Assembly (NCBI GenBank): GCA_963810095.1
Contig: CAWEMM010000006.1
Coordinates: forward strand, 192,001 to 256,000
DNA: 64,000 nucleotides
Source of the DNA: an uncultured Chloroflexia bacterium
GTDB lineage: Bacteria; Chloroflexota; Anaerolineae; CG2-30-64-16
Direction: 5' to 3'
Positions 53,222-63,821 of the stretch are shown here, one piece after another (positions within the stretch are counted from its first letter, which is position 1; each line of letters starts with the position of its first letter). A model generated the notes under the pieces. That model was not told where the DNA came from, did no database searches, and saw nothing but the letters and a program-made list of their open reading frames with translations. The translations under genes were made by a program, and so were the position numbers.

Positions 53222-54532
53222 CTAGGCGGACTTCTGAGTGAACGCGTCGCCCCAGGTGATGGCGGTGCCGTCCCGCGTCAGCAGCAGCGGGGCTGCGCCG
53301 CGGGTGATGCACTCGGCGTTCACCATGCATCGCTCGACCTCGGGGTGCGAGGGGATTTCGTACATGACGTCGAGCAGGCTGCGCTCGATGATCGTACGCA
53401 GGCCCCGCGCGCCGGTCTTCAGCTTCATCGCCTCACGCGCCGCGGCCCGCAGAGCTTCAGGCGTGAACGCCAGCTCGACGTGGTCCAGGTCGAACAGCCG
53501 GGCGTACTGCTTTACCACCGCGTTCTTGGGCTCGGTCAGCACAGAGACCAGCGCCTCTTCGTCCAGCGGGTCGACGTTCACCGTCACGGGCAGCCGGCCC
53601 ACGAATTCGGGAATCATCCCGAACTTGAGCAGGTCGTCGGCTGTAACGTGTTGCAAATAGTGCGTCGTCTGCGCCTCTTTGGTGCGAGGGGCTTCGCCGG
53701 TGGTTTGGAAACCCACCCGGCCTTTGGCGCCCATGCGCTGGCCCACGATGTCTTCCAACCCCGAGAAGGCGCCGCCGCAGATGAAGAGGATATTCTTCGT
53801 GTCGAGGCGAACGAACTCCTGGTTCGGGTGCTTGCGGCCGCCCTGCGGCGGCACGTTCGCAATCGTGCCCTCGATGATCTTCAGGAGGCCCTGTTGCACG
53901 CCCTCGCCCGACACGTCGCGCGTGATCGAAGGGTTGTCTCCGCTCTTGCGGGCGATCTTGTCGATCTCATCCACGTAGACGATGCCGACCGCGGCCCGCT
54001 CCACGTCCCACTCCGCCGCGTGCAGCAACTGCACCAGGATGTTCTCCACATCCTCGCCCACGTAGCCGGCCTCAGTCAGGCCCGTCGCGTCCGCGATCGT
54101 AAACGGGACGTCGAGGATCTTGGCGAGCGTCCGCGCCAGCAGCGTCTTGCCGCAGCCCGTGGGGCCGATGAGCAGGATGTTGCTCTTTTCGAGCTCTACG
54201 CCGCTCGACGGGTCGCCGGGGGTCGTTCCGCTCACGATGCGCTTGTAGTGGTTGTAAACCGCTACGGAGAGCGTCTTCTTCGCACGCGTCTGACCCACGA
54301 CGTACTCGTCGAGCTGGCCCCTGATATCTTTCGGAGGCACAAGGCGCCAGCGGGGCGTGGCAACCGGAGCATCAGCCTTTACGCCGTCCTCGTCCAGCAC
54401 TTCCTGGCACAGCGCAACGCACTCATCGCAGATGAAGACCCCGTCGGGGCCGGCAATGAGGCGGCGCACCTGGCTTTGGTCGCGATGACAGAACGAGCAG
54501 CGCTCGACGTCAACCCTGGCCTTACTTCCCAC
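53222..54532 (-). CDS. clpX: ATP-dependent Clp protease ATPase ClpX
   Basis: [51 protein letters not shown]. Confidence 0.97.
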   Translation of the reverse strand: MGSKARVDVERCSFCHRDQSQVRRLIAGPDGVFICDECVALCQEVLDEDGVKADAPVATPRWRLVPPKDIRGQLDEYVVGQTRAKKTLSVAVYNHYKRIVSGTTPGDPSSGVELEKSNILLIGPTGCGKTLLARTLAKILDVPFTIADATGLTEAGYVGEDVENILVQLLHAAEWDVERAAVGIVYVDEIDKIARKSGDNPSITRDVSGEGVQQGLLKIIEGTIANVPPQGGRKHPNQEFVRLDTKNILFICGGAFSGLEDIVGQRMGAKGRVGFQTTGEAPRTKEAQTTHYLQHVTADDLLKFGMIPEFVGRLPVTVNVDPLDEEALVSVLTEPKNAVVKQYARLFDLDHVELAFTPEALRAAAREAMKLKTGARGLRTIIERSLLDVMYEIPSHPEVERCMVNAECITRGAAPLLLTRDGTAITWGDAFTQKSA

Positions 54533-55158
54533 TATTTTTCAGCCCCTTTTTTCTCCAGCGGATGCAGCACTTCGTCCAACAGGCCATAAGCCTTCGCCTG
54601 GTCCGCTGTCATGTAGCGGTCGCGGTCGGTATCTTCCGCGATGCGCTCCACCGGCTGGCCGGTGTGCCGTGAGAGGATGCCGTTCAGCTCCTCTTTCAGG
54701 CGCAGGATCTCGCGCGCCTGGATCTCGATCTCGGTCGCCTGGCCCTGCGCGCCGCCCAGCGGCTGGTGCATGTGGATGGTCGCATGGGGCAGCGCGTAAC
54801 GCTTGCCCTTCGCGCCCGCCGTCAGCAGGACGGTGCCAAAGCTTGCCGTCACGCCGACCGCGATAGTGCTCACCGGCGCCCGGATCAACTGCATTGTATC
54901 ATAAATGGCCATGCCCGCGTAAACGACGCCGCCAGGGGAATTGATGTAGAGCTGGATGTCCTTCTCCGGGTCCTCCCGGTCGAGGAACAGCAGCTGGGCC
55001 ACGATCACGTTGGCCACCTGGTCGTTGATGCCCGTGCCCAGGAAGATGATGCGTTCCTTGAGCAGCAGGGAATAGATGTCGTACGCGCGCTCGCCGCGGC
55101 CACTGGTCTCGATCACCATCGGAATCAGTGACTGGGGAGTGAGAGGATTGAAGGTCAT
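54532..55158 (-). CDS. clpP: Clp protease proteolytic subunit
   Basis: [31 protein letters not shown]. Confidence 0.97.
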   Translation of the reverse strand: MTFNPLTPQSLIPMVIETSGRGERAYDIYSLLLKERIIFLGTGINDQVANVIVAQLLFLDREDPEKDIQLYINSPGGVVYAGMAIYDTMQLIRAPVSTIAVGVTASFGTVLLTAGAKGKRYALPHATIHMHQPLGGAQGQATEIEIQAREILRLKEELNGILSRHTGQPVERIAEDTDRDRYMTADQAKAYGLLDEVLHPLEKKGAEK

Positions 55159-55252
55159 AGTACACTCCGTCCTGTTACAGGGCCCCGAGCGGGGCCACCC
55201 AATTCAACGACGGTATTAGACCACAAGAACACCCAAAGGACAGTAGCGCACA

Positions 55253-55296
55253 ACCCCCTCCCCTCTCCGAACCGGGTTCAGGAGAGGGGAGGGGGT
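55253..55296. repeat. CCCTCTCC/GGAGAGGG-type inverted repeat
   Basis: ACCCCCTCCCCTCTCC ... GGAGAGGGGAGGGGGT. Confidence 0.7.
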
Positions 55297-55308
55297 GGGG
55301 TGGCGTCC

Positions 55309-56754
55309 TTATTCGGCGTCTTCAGCCGGCGCCGGGGGCGCGGGCGTTTCGGGCTCAACGGCGGCCACGGCCGCAGCCGCCGACGCTTCCACTTCAGATG
55401 TCTCCGCGCTCACGGGGCTTTCTGGAGCCGGCGCTTCGCCTGCGGGGACCTGCGCGGCGGCCACCTGGCCGGTCACCAGCGCGCGCAGGTGTTCCAGCGT
55501 GCGGGTGGTGCGGAGGTCCTGGCGGATCATCGAGCGGCCCTGCGGCGAACCGAAGGCTTCGAGGATGGCGTCGCGCGTTTCTTCCTTCTCGACGCCCTGG
55601 ACCATGCGCTGGAGCTCGGCCTCCACATCCTCGTCGCTCACCTCGAGGCCTTCGCGTCGGGCCAGCTCGGCCAAGACCAATTGGCCTTGCACGCGTCGTT
55701 CGGCGGCGGGCTCGAGTTCCTGGTGGTACTGCTCCATGGTCTTGCCCTGCAGTCGCAGCGAGTCTTCCAGCGTGTAGCCGATCTGCTTCATCCGCTGTTC
55801 CATGTCGTGCATCATGTCGTGCACGGTGTCGTCGACGACGATGGGCGGATAAGAGAGCGTTGCCCGCCCGATCAGGGCCTCGATGGCCTGGTCGTTCAGG
55901 GTATTCTCGGCCTCGGTCTCGCGCTGCTTCTTGAGCTCGGCCAGCTTCTTCGTGCGGTAGTCGGCCACGTCGGTGTATTCGCCGAGAGTCTTGACGAAGT
56001 CGTCATTCAGCTCGGGTGTCACCTTGGCGCGCACTTCCTTGACGTTCACCTTGAAGTGCGCGGTCTGGCCCTTGTACTTCGAGAGGGAGTCCTCGGGATA
56101 GGTGATGTCGAACTCTTTCTCGTCGCCCGCCGACAGGCCTACGAAGGCTTCGTCGAAGCCGGGCAGCCAGCCGCTCTCGCCGCGCAGGGTCAGCTCCCAG
56201 TCCTTGTTGTCCATGATCGAGTTCTCGCCGACTGCGCCGGCGATGTCGACCTTCACCATGTCGCCCAGCTCGGCCGGACGCTCGACGACGTCGTGCTTGG
56301 CCTGCGCCGCGCGGGCGAGCTCGAGGGTCTCATCGACATCGGCCTCGGTCACCTCGGTAGAAGGCGCTTCGATGCGCAGGTCGCTGTAGTCGCCGAGCGA
56401 GACGGTCGGGCGCAGGGGCACGACCAGCTTGAACTTGATTTCAGGGTCGACCTGCACGTCTTCCAGTGCGGCCTGACCGTACGGCTCGAACTCGTTGCGC
56501 TCGAGCACTTCCGTATAAACTTCTTGCCCCAGGTCGTCCACGATCTCGCCCAGCAGCGCCGGCTTGCCATACATGCGAACGACGTGGGCGTAGGGCGCCT
56601 TGCCCGGCCGGAAACCCGGGATCTTCGCCTTGCGTGAAACGAGCTTCACCGCGCGGTCGAGCGCCTGCTGCGTGCGTTCCGGCCCAAGTTCGATGGTCAG
56701 GTCGAGCTGATGATCCTCGCGCGGGTTGGTGGTGACTTTCAATTCTTCGGCCAA
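55309..56754 (-). CDS. tig: Trigger factor
   Basis: IPGFRPGKAP; FKBP-like WLPGFDE..G...F.ITYPED; upstream of clpPX; TTG start after GGAGG. Confidence 0.93.
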   Translation of the reverse strand: MAEELKVTTNPREDHQLDLTIELGPERTQQALDRAVKLVSRKAKIPGFRPGKAPYAHVVRMYGKPALLGEIVDDLGQEVYTEVLERNEFEPYGQAALEDVQVDPEIKFKLVVPLRPTVSLGDYSDLRIEAPSTEVTEADVDETLELARAAQAKHDVVERPAELGDMVKVDIAGAVGENSIMDNKDWELTLRGESGWLPGFDEAFVGLSAGDEKEFDITYPEDSLSKYKGQTAHFKVNVKEVRAKVTPELNDDFVKTLGEYTDVADYRTKKLAELKKQRETEAENTLNDQAIEALIGRATLSYPPIVVDDTVHDMMHDMEQRMKQIGYTLEDSLRLQGKTMEQYHQELEPAAERRVQGQLVLAELARREGLEVSDEDVEAELQRMVQGVEKEETRDAILEAFGSPQGRSMIRQDLRTTRTLEHLRALVTGQVAAAQVPAGEAPAPESPVSAETSEVEASAAAAVAAVEPETPAPPAPAEDAE

Positions 56755-56775
56755 GGGAAACCTCCGCTAACATCT

Positions 56776-56854
56776 AACGAGTAACCAGCAAAGGGCGAAA
56801 CGCTCATTGCTGGCGCCCTGCCAACAACATTTCGCCCTTTGCTCGTTACTCGTT
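56776..56854. repeat. 25-bp near-perfect inverted repeat in the tig leader
   Basis: AACGAGTAACCAGCAAAGGGCGAAA / TTTCGCCCTTTGCTCGTTACTCGTT. Confidence 0.7.
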
Positions 56855-56871
56855 TCGACCATTATACCCGT

Positions 56872-56950
56872 AAAACACAAAGGCACAAAGACACGAAGGT
56901 TTGGTTCCTGGAGCCGATTTTCAGGCCTTTGCGTCCTTGTGTCTTTGCGT
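56872..56950. repeat. CACAAAGR-type element
   Basis: AAAACACAAAGGCACAAAGACACGAAG ... CTTTGCGTCCTTGTGTCTTTGCGT. Confidence 0.8.
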
Positions 56951-56960
56951 CGCGACCGTC

Positions 56961-58818
56961 TTAAATCCGCCCGAACTGCTTCGCCAGCTCCAATGCGCTC
57001 ATATAGACCATGGTTGGCCGGCCGTGCGGGCACGTGCGGGGCGAGCGGCAGCCTTCCAGCCGGCGGACGAGCTCCTGCATCTCGGCCATGGTCATCGGCG
57101 TGTTGCCTTTGATCGCCGCCCGCTTGCAGATCAACGTGATCAGCCGAGCCTCGTGCGCCGACTCGACCACGTCGTCGCGCTGGCCCAGGCCGTCCAGGAT
57201 TTCGACGACGGCCCGCGCGGGTTGGCCGCCGCGGGCCAGGATGCCGGGAACGGCGCGGAGCAGGTAGGAACTGCCGCCGAATGGCTCGAGCGCGAGCCCG
57301 AGGTCGGCCAGCGTGGCCAACTCCTCGGCGGCAACCGCGGCCTGCTCGGGCGACAAGTCGATCACGACGGGCTCGAGGAGCGGCTGAATGGCAAGCGTCT
57401 TGCTCAGGTGGTCGGCAAGCATCTGCTCGTACAGCACCCGCTCGTGCGCCGCATGCTGGTCGATCAGGTACATGCCGTCCGGCCCCTCGGCGACGACGTA
57501 GGTGGCCGCAAGCTGGCCCACGACGCGCAGAATCGGCATCAGCCGGCCGGGCTCCGCGGGCGGCGACACGGGCGAAGCAGGATGGCCCCCCCGTTCTGAG
57601 TCCGGCCCCCATGGTCCGGTCTCGGGCTCGTGGCGCAGGGGCATGGGCGCCTGTCCGCCCTTGCCGGCATGCAGCAACGCCTCGCGCCGCTCGACCCACC
57701 CCCTCGTCTGCGCCAGGTCACCCGGCGAGACACCTCCGGAGCCGCCGTCTTCGTGCGGCCACGCGCCGGGGATGACAGTGGCCCCGCCGGGGTTTGCCTC
57801 GGGAATGGGCGCGTGCTCGACGAGCGCACGGCGCACGGCCCGCTGGACCGCGCCGAAGATCGCGTTCGGGATCGCGGAAGCGGACTTCTGCCTTCGTCGG
57901 ATGGACGTTGACATCCACATCCGCGGGGTCGACCTCGAGGAAGATCACCGCCACCGGATAGCGGCCGACGGGAAGCAAGGTGTGATACGCCTGGATCACC
58001 GAGTAGGCGATAGAAGTGTCCTGGAACCAACGGTGATTGACGAACAGCGTGATGTAGCCGCGGTTGCCGCGATGCAGCGACGGCACGCCCGCAAAGCCGG
58101 TGACTCGGGCAGCCGCCGGCCGGTCGGAAGCGCCCGGCGCGTCGCCGCCCACGGGGAACATCTGCTTCGCCGTCTCCAGCCCATATACCTTGGCCAGCAC
58201 GTCGCTCAGCTTGCCCGAACCAGTGGATTGAAAGACGAGCTTGCCGTCGGACACGAGGGAGAATCGACGGTCGGGATAGGCGAGAGCGTAGCGGGTGACG
58301 ACCTGCTGGATGTGCGCGGCCTCGGTCGCGGGCTGCTTGAGGAACTTGAGGCGCGCGGGCACGTTGGCGAAGAGGTGTTCGACGGCGATCGTGGTCCCGA
58401 CCGGCGCACCTCGCAGGCCGTGCTCGACCTCGCGTCCCTCTGTGAGCCGGAGAAACGTCCCGGCGTCCGCGCCGGCCGCGTGGGTCAGCAACGAGACGTG
58501 GGCGACCGACGCGATGCTGGCAAGCGCCTCGCCCCGAAAGCCAAGCGTGGTGATATGCCCGAGATCGTCGGTCGACGTGAGCTTGCTGGTCGCGTGGCGC
58601 AGGAAGGCAACGCTCACCTCGTCTGCCGGAATGCCCGAGCCGTCGTCCTGCACCCGGATCAGGCGCCGGCCGCCCTCACGGATTTCGACCCGAATGTCGC
58701 GGCCGCCGGCATCGAGGCTGTTCTCGATGAGTTCCTTAACCGCAGACGCGGGCCGCTCGACCACTTCGCCGGCGGCGATCTGGTTGGCGACTTCGGGCGC
58801 AAGAACACGAATCGGCAT
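56961..58818 (-). CDS. mutL: DNA mismatch repair protein MutL (frameshift near 57865)
   Basis: NQIAAGEVVERPASAVKELIENSLDAG, RHATSK, GFRGEAL, DVNVHPTK; DQHAAHERVLYE and CPHGRP in the second frame. Confidence 0.95.
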
Positions 58819-58957
58819 GCAGCGGATTGTACCACAGGGTGGCAAACGGGTTGCCCGGCCAACGCGCCTCTCCTCGCCAGGGCGAGAAGGCGCATCCCAC
58901 GGAAAGCGCTTTTTGGGGAGCGGGCACAAGGGGGCGCTGAGCGGCGTTAAGTGATCC

Positions 58958-60157
58958 ATGCAAACAAAGTGGGAGGGGCCCGGCGCCCGGGCTGACCTCG
59001 CGGAGCGGATCAACCTGCTGCGGGGCATCGCCATTATCGCCGTGATCGCGATCCACACGTCCGCGCATTTCACGTATGTCGAGCAACTCTCGCCAGTAGT
59101 CTATGCCGTCTCCGTCGTCGATGTGTTTGCGCACTTTGCGGTGCCGCTGTTCGTGTTCCTGTCGGGCATCACACTCACCATGCGCTACGGGCCGGCGGCA
59201 CCTATTAGCCCTCGGAGCTTCTATGCCCGGCGGCTGGCGAAGATCGTTCCGCCCTACATAGTTTTCTCATTCCTGTATCTCGTCCTGTTCGCGGCCGAAT
59301 ATCACCAGGTCCCTGCCGCGCCGTGGGTCATCCTGGCCCTTGCGACCGGCGGCGCGTACTACCATCTGTGGTTCGTGGCGCTGCTCGTACAACTCTACCT
59401 GCTCTTTCCGCTGCTCAGGCGTCTGCTCGGGGGGGCTCGGAGCCGGGCCGCGATCGGCCGGCTGCTGTTTGGTGCGCTGCTGCTGCAACTGGCCTGGAAT
59501 ATAGGGGCGCCCCTCCTGGCCTCTGCGCTGCCGTCGCGGCCGCTCGTGGAGACACTCCTGTCGAACCGGGTGTTCCTGTCGCACGTTTTCTATTTCATGT
59601 TGGGCATGGTCGCCGGGGCCAACATCACGAACTTTGACCGTCGGGTGCGGGCGCTTCCGACCGTGGCCCTGGCGCTCACTATCGCAGCACTCGTCGCAGG
59701 AACGTCAGTCGTGTGGATCCTTGCCATGCAGCGCTACGGCCGCCTCGACGCGGCGCCGGCCGGCGCGTTCGTCGCGAGCCTGGCGGTTGAGCCCCTGCTC
59801 TTCGTGGCTTCGATCGTCCTGGCATGGCAGGCGTGCGCCCGCCTGTCGCAGATGGCGAGATCACCGCGGGCGGACGCAGTCAGGGCCGGCCTGGCGCGGC
59901 TGGGCATCCTGTCGCTTCCCATCTATCTGGTCCATGTCCTGTTGCAATGGCTGCTGCGGCGCAGCCTGCTCGCGTTCGACCTCACCCCCGCCGTGTGGGG
60001 CTTCTATCCCCTGATGTTCGTCCTGACGCTGTTGCTGAGCTATACCGCTGCCCGGCTCTTCGCACGCCTGCCCTATGGCGAAACCCTCACCGGTGCGCCA
60101 AGCGAATTGGAGGGCTGGCAAGCGCTGCCGGCCACACCCGCCCCCGACGAAGCCTGA
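58958..60157 (+). CDS. Acyltransferase-3 family membrane acyltransferase
   Basis: LRGIAIIAVIAIH, AVPLFVFLSG, FYARR..KI, YHLWF..QLYLLFP, SLPIYLVH. Confidence 0.87.
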   Translation: MQTKWEGPGARADLAERINLLRGIAIIAVIAIHTSAHFTYVEQLSPVVYAVSVVDVFAHFAVPLFVFLSGITLTMRYGPAAPISPRSFYARRLAKIVPPYIVFSFLYLVLFAAEYHQVPAAPWVILALATGGAYYHLWFVALLVQLYLLFPLLRRLLGGARSRAAIGRLLFGALLLQLAWNIGAPLLASALPSRPLVETLLSNRVFLSHVFYFMLGMVAGANITNFDRRVRALPTVALALTIAALVAGTSVVWILAMQRYGRLDAAPAGAFVASLAVEPLLFVASIVLAWQACARLSQMARSPRADAVRAGLARLGILSLPIYLVHVLLQWLLRRSLLAFDLTPAVWGFYPLMFVLTLLLSYTAARLFARLPYGETLTGAPSELEGWQALPATPAPDEA

Positions 60158-60248
60158 CCGGTCCCCACGGCGAGACCCTGACAGCCACGTTCCGCCGCAC
60201 GCAACCCCGGCCACGAATGACGAGTTTTGCACAAGTCGAGTGCAATGC

Positions 60249-60311
60249 TTGACAAGTCATGACGCACCGCGTTATACTGTCTCTCAGTCAGTAACTGACC
60301 GCCGGTCAGTT
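60249..60311 (+). promoter_or_regulatory. Promoter with downstream TetR-type operator
   Basis: TTGACA, 18 bp, TATACT; palindrome AACTGACC-gcc-GGTCAGTT at 60293-60311. Confidence 0.7.
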
Positions 60312-60461
60312 CGCCCCGGATTGCTACCTCTGTTATAATCTTCACATACGGCTGCCCCATTTACTGCTAATCTAGTGTGCACCGGCCCCAACGATGGGGT
60401 ACGGCCGTCGAACCTGTCGACCTGTTGGTGTGAACGTATCGGGTTGAGTAGAGGGGTGATG

Positions 60462-61167
60462 ATGGCAACGCAGGATCGCCGAGAGCAGGACCGGGCCCGT
60501 CGCAAGAACGACATCCTCATGTCCGCGCGCGGTCTTCGCCCAAGACGGCTTCCGGGGGGCCACGGTCGACCAAATCGCCCAACGCGCCGAGGTTGCCAAA
60601 GGCACCATCTACCTCTACTTCGAAACCAAAGAAGCCATCATGGCCGAACTCATCCTGATGGCGCTGGCCGACCTCCAGGGCCAGCTCCGCGTCGCAGTCG
60701 AATCCCAATCCATCCTGCAACCCGACGGCCGGCTGCGTGCCATGGCCGAAGCCTACCTCGCCTTCTCCCAGCGCTCACCTGACTACTTCCGGCTCCTAAC
60801 CGCTTTCGATGGCGGCGATCTGGGCGAGAACCTGTCGCCCCAGCGCAACCAACTGATCCTTGCCGCGTCCAACCGCACGCTCGACCTGGTAGCCCAGGCC
60901 GTGGCGGACGGTGTCGCGCTTGGCATGTTCGCCGTCCGCGACGCGCGGCAGGCGGCCGCGGTGCTCTGGGCCGGGCTGAACGGCTCGCTGGCGCTCCTTG
61001 CGCATCCGATCCGCCGGACCATGATTCAAACGGATCTGCCCGGCCTGTATCATGCAACTTTGGAGCTCTTGCTGAAAGGGCTGACCTGCGCCGACGAGGC
61101 CAGTGAGGTCGAAGAACGCGACCCTACCACCAAGACACCAAGACACGAAGGGGCACAAAGAGCCTGA
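60462..61167 (+). CDS. TetR/AcrR-family regulator (frameshift near 60530)
   Basis: MATQDRREQDRARRKNDIL..; shifted frame VFAQDGFRGATVDQIAQRAEVAKGTIYLYFETKEAI. Confidence 0.87.
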
Positions 61168-61206
61168 GAACTATGTGTCTCTTCGTGTCTTGGTGTCCGG
61201 GTGGTA
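61125..61206. repeat. CACAAAGR-type element overlapping the TetR 3' end
   Basis: TACCACCAAGACACCAAGACACGAAG ... CTTCGTGTCTTGGTGTCCGGGTGGTA. Confidence 0.8.
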
Positions 61207-61235
61207 AAGATGAGCTTTACTAAGGAGAGGATGGT

Positions 61236-62441
61236 ATGAAGGAAGTCGTCATCAGCAACCCAATACGGACGGCCATCGGCAGCTTCGGCGGCGCACTAAA
61301 AACGGTACCTGCGTACGACCTGGCAAAGATCGTCATGCAGCGCGTGCTGGCCGACTCGGGTGTGGACGCCGCTCGCTTGACTGAAGTCATTTTTGGCAAC
61401 ATCGGCATGCCCTCTGAGGCGGCCAACATCGCCCGCGTCTCGGCCCTCTATGCGGGCATCCCGAAAGAGGTGCCCGCCTACACCGTGCAGCGCAACTGCG
61501 CCTCGGGCATGGAGTCCATGCACAGCGCCTTCAACGCGATCCAGGCGGAAGACGGCGACCTCTACCTGGTGGGCGGCACGGAGAACATGAGCGCCATCCC
61601 CTACGTGGTCAAAGGCGCACGCTGGGGCCTCAAGCTCCGCCATTCGGAATTCACCGACGCCCTGTGGGAAGGGCTCACCGACCCGACCTGCAACCTGATC
61701 ATGGGCGGGACGGCCGAGAACATCGCCGAGCAGTGCAACCTCACCCGTGAGGAACAGGACCAGTACGCGGTGATGAGCCACAAAAAGGCCTTCATGGCCA
61801 CTCGCACGGGCAAGTTCAAGGACGAAATCGTGCCCGTCGAAGTGGTGAAGAAGGCGGCCGGCCAGGAAGTCGCGAAGGAGTCGATCACACAGGACGAGAG
61901 CATCAACCCCGGCCTGACGGTTCAGAAGGCCGCCCTCTACCCGACCGTCTTCAAGAAGGGCGGCTCGGTCACGCCGGCGAACGCCTGCCCGATGAATGAC
62001 GGCGCGGCAGCGATGCTGCTGAGCACGGCGGAGGCCGCGGAGCAACTGGGCCTCAAGCCGATGGGGCGCATACTGGGCTTTGCGGTAACGGGCGTCGATC
62101 CCGCGTACATGGGCCTGGGGCCGGCGACCGCGCTGCCCAAGGCGCTGAAGCGGGCCGGCCTGAAATATGACCAGCTCGACCTGGTCGAGATCAACGAGGC
62201 GTTCGCCGCACAGGTGCTGGGCGTGGCAAAGTCGATGCAGGCCGACGGGCATGGCTGGGACTTCGACAAGACCAACGTCAACGGCGGCGCGATCGCGCTG
62301 GGCCATCCCGTCGGCGCGTCGGGCTCACGCATTGTGGTCACCCTGCTGCACGAGATGAAGCGGCGGAACGCGCGCTACGGCGCGGCCACGCTCTGCGTCG
62401 GCGGCGGTCAAGGCTCGGCGGTGGTGGTGGAGAGGCTATAG
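61236..62441 (+). CDS. Acetyl-CoA C-acyltransferase (thiolase)
   Basis: RTAIG, NCASG, GGTENMS, NEAFA, GHPVGASG, LCVGGG. Confidence 0.95.
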   Translation: MKEVVISNPIRTAIGSFGGALKTVPAYDLAKIVMQRVLADSGVDAARLTEVIFGNIGMPSEAANIARVSALYAGIPKEVPAYTVQRNCASGMESMHSAFNAIQAEDGDLYLVGGTENMSAIPYVVKGARWGLKLRHSEFTDALWEGLTDPTCNLIMGGTAENIAEQCNLTREEQDQYAVMSHKKAFMATRTGKFKDEIVPVEVVKKAAGQEVAKESITQDESINPGLTVQKAALYPTVFKKGGSVTPANACPMNDGAAAMLLSTAEAAEQLGLKPMGRILGFAVTGVDPAYMGLGPATALPKALKRAGLKYDQLDLVEINEAFAAQVLGVAKSMQADGHGWDFDKTNVNGGAIALGHPVGASGSRIVVTLLHEMKRRNARYGAATLCVGGGQGSAVVVERL

Positions 62442-62442
62442 T

Positions 62443-62504
62443 CTTAACACAAAGGCACAACGGCACCAGCGTCCTTCTTTGTGCCTTCGTGTCTTTGTGT
62501 TGAG
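62443..62504. repeat. CACAAAGR-type element
   Basis: CTTAACACAAAGGCAC ... CTTTGTGCCTTCGTGTCTTTGTGTTGAG. Confidence 0.8.
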
Positions 62505-62534
62505 CGTCCGATTGGCTAAGAAGGAGGATTCAGC

Positions 62535-63743
62535 ATGTACATATTCAAGGCGGCGGTCGTCGGCGCGGGGACGATGGGCGGCGAGATTGCACAGGTGATT
62601 TCGTTCAGCGGCCTGCCGGTCGTCCTGAAAGACGTCGACCAGAAAATGCTCGACAAGGGCATGGAGACGGTCCGGCACATCTACCAGAGCCGGGTGGACA
62701 AGGGCAAGATGAGCGCGGGCGAGATGGAGAGCAAGATCAGCCTCATCGAGCCCAGCCTCACCTACGACAGCTTCTCGGACGTCGACATCGTGATCGAAGC
62801 GGTGCCCGAGAAGATGGCGATCAAGAAGAAGGTGTTTGCCGAGCTGGACAGCGTCTGCCCGGAGACCACCATTCTCGCCAGCAACACCTCGGCCCTCTCG
62901 GTGAGCGAGATGGGCGCGGCCACCCAGCGGCCGGGCAAGGTAATTGGCCTGCACTTCTTCAACCCCGCGCACGTGATGAAGCTGATCGAGGTGATCCCCG
63001 GGCTGGAGACGGCGCAGGATACGACGGACGACGTGGTGATGTTTGCCGAGTCGCTGCGCAAGCTGCCCGTTGTCGTGCGCGAATGCCCCGGCTTTCTGGT
63101 CAACCGCTTGCTGGGCCCCTATCTGAATGAGGCCACCTACTGCCTCCAGGAGGGCGCGGCCTCGGCCACGGAAATCGACGAAGCGCTGCGCGACTTCGGC
63201 ATGCCCATGGGCGCGTTCATCCTCTCCGACACGGTCGGGCTGGACATCGCCACCCACGCGGGCGAGCAGATGCATCGCGAATACGGCGTGCGCATGGAAC
63301 TGCCGCAGCTGATGTACCGGATGTTGGAAGCCGGGCGGCTCGGCGAAAAGGCGGGCAAGGGCATCTATGGCTACGGCGGCGAGGACGATGCCAATATTAG
63401 CGAGATCGCCGGGGACCTGAAGCGCGAGGGGAGCGTCTTCACGCCCGAACGGGTGATTTACCCGATGGTCAACGAGGCCGTCATCGCGCTGACCGAGCAC
63501 GTTGCAAACCCCGCGGACATCGACATGGCTTGCATCGCCGGCCTCGGCATGACATACAAGGGCGACCGGAAGGGCCCGCTGGCGATTGCAGACGAGATCG
63601 GGCTGGACTGCATCCTGGAAGAGCTGGAAAACTTGCAGAAGCAGTACGGGGAACGCTTCCGCCCGGCCTGGCTGCTGCGCCAGAAGGTCAACGCGGGACA
63701 CTTGGGCGTCAAGTCGGGCCGTGGCTTCCACGAGTACGCATGA
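62535..63743 (+). CDS. 3-hydroxyacyl-CoA dehydrogenase with duplicated C-terminal domain
   Basis: GAGTMG, EAVPE, ASNTS, HFFNP, PGFLVNR; two G.K.G.G motifs. Confidence 0.92.
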   Translation: MYIFKAAVVGAGTMGGEIAQVISFSGLPVVLKDVDQKMLDKGMETVRHIYQSRVDKGKMSAGEMESKISLIEPSLTYDSFSDVDIVIEAVPEKMAIKKKVFAELDSVCPETTILASNTSALSVSEMGAATQRPGKVIGLHFFNPAHVMKLIEVIPGLETAQDTTDDVVMFAESLRKLPVVVRECPGFLVNRLLGPYLNEATYCLQEGAASATEIDEALRDFGMPMGAFILSDTVGLDIATHAGEQMHREYGVRMELPQLMYRMLEAGRLGEKAGKGIYGYGGEDDANISEIAGDLKREGSVFTPERVIYPMVNEAVIALTEHVANPADIDMACIAGLGMTYKGDRKGPLAIADEIGLDCILEELENLQKQYGERFRPAWLLRQKVNAGHLGVKSGRGFHEYA

Positions 63744-63756
63744 TGATTTAGGCGAG

Positions 63757-63796
63757 GCGTTTGGGCGCCGGCCGGGCAAAGCCGGCGCCCAAACGC
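63757..63796. repeat. 16-bp perfect intergenic hairpin
   Basis: GCGTTTGGGCGCCGGC / GCCGGCGCCCAAACGC. Confidence 0.65.
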
Positions 63797-63821
63797 GCAT
63801 CTGTGATGAGGGAGCAAAAGC

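Noticed and set aside
58820-58957. c-di-GMP riboswitch (GGCAAAC) between mutL and the acyltransferase
   Set aside because: The remaining conserved elements are not recognisable; the region is explained by promoters and short hairpins.
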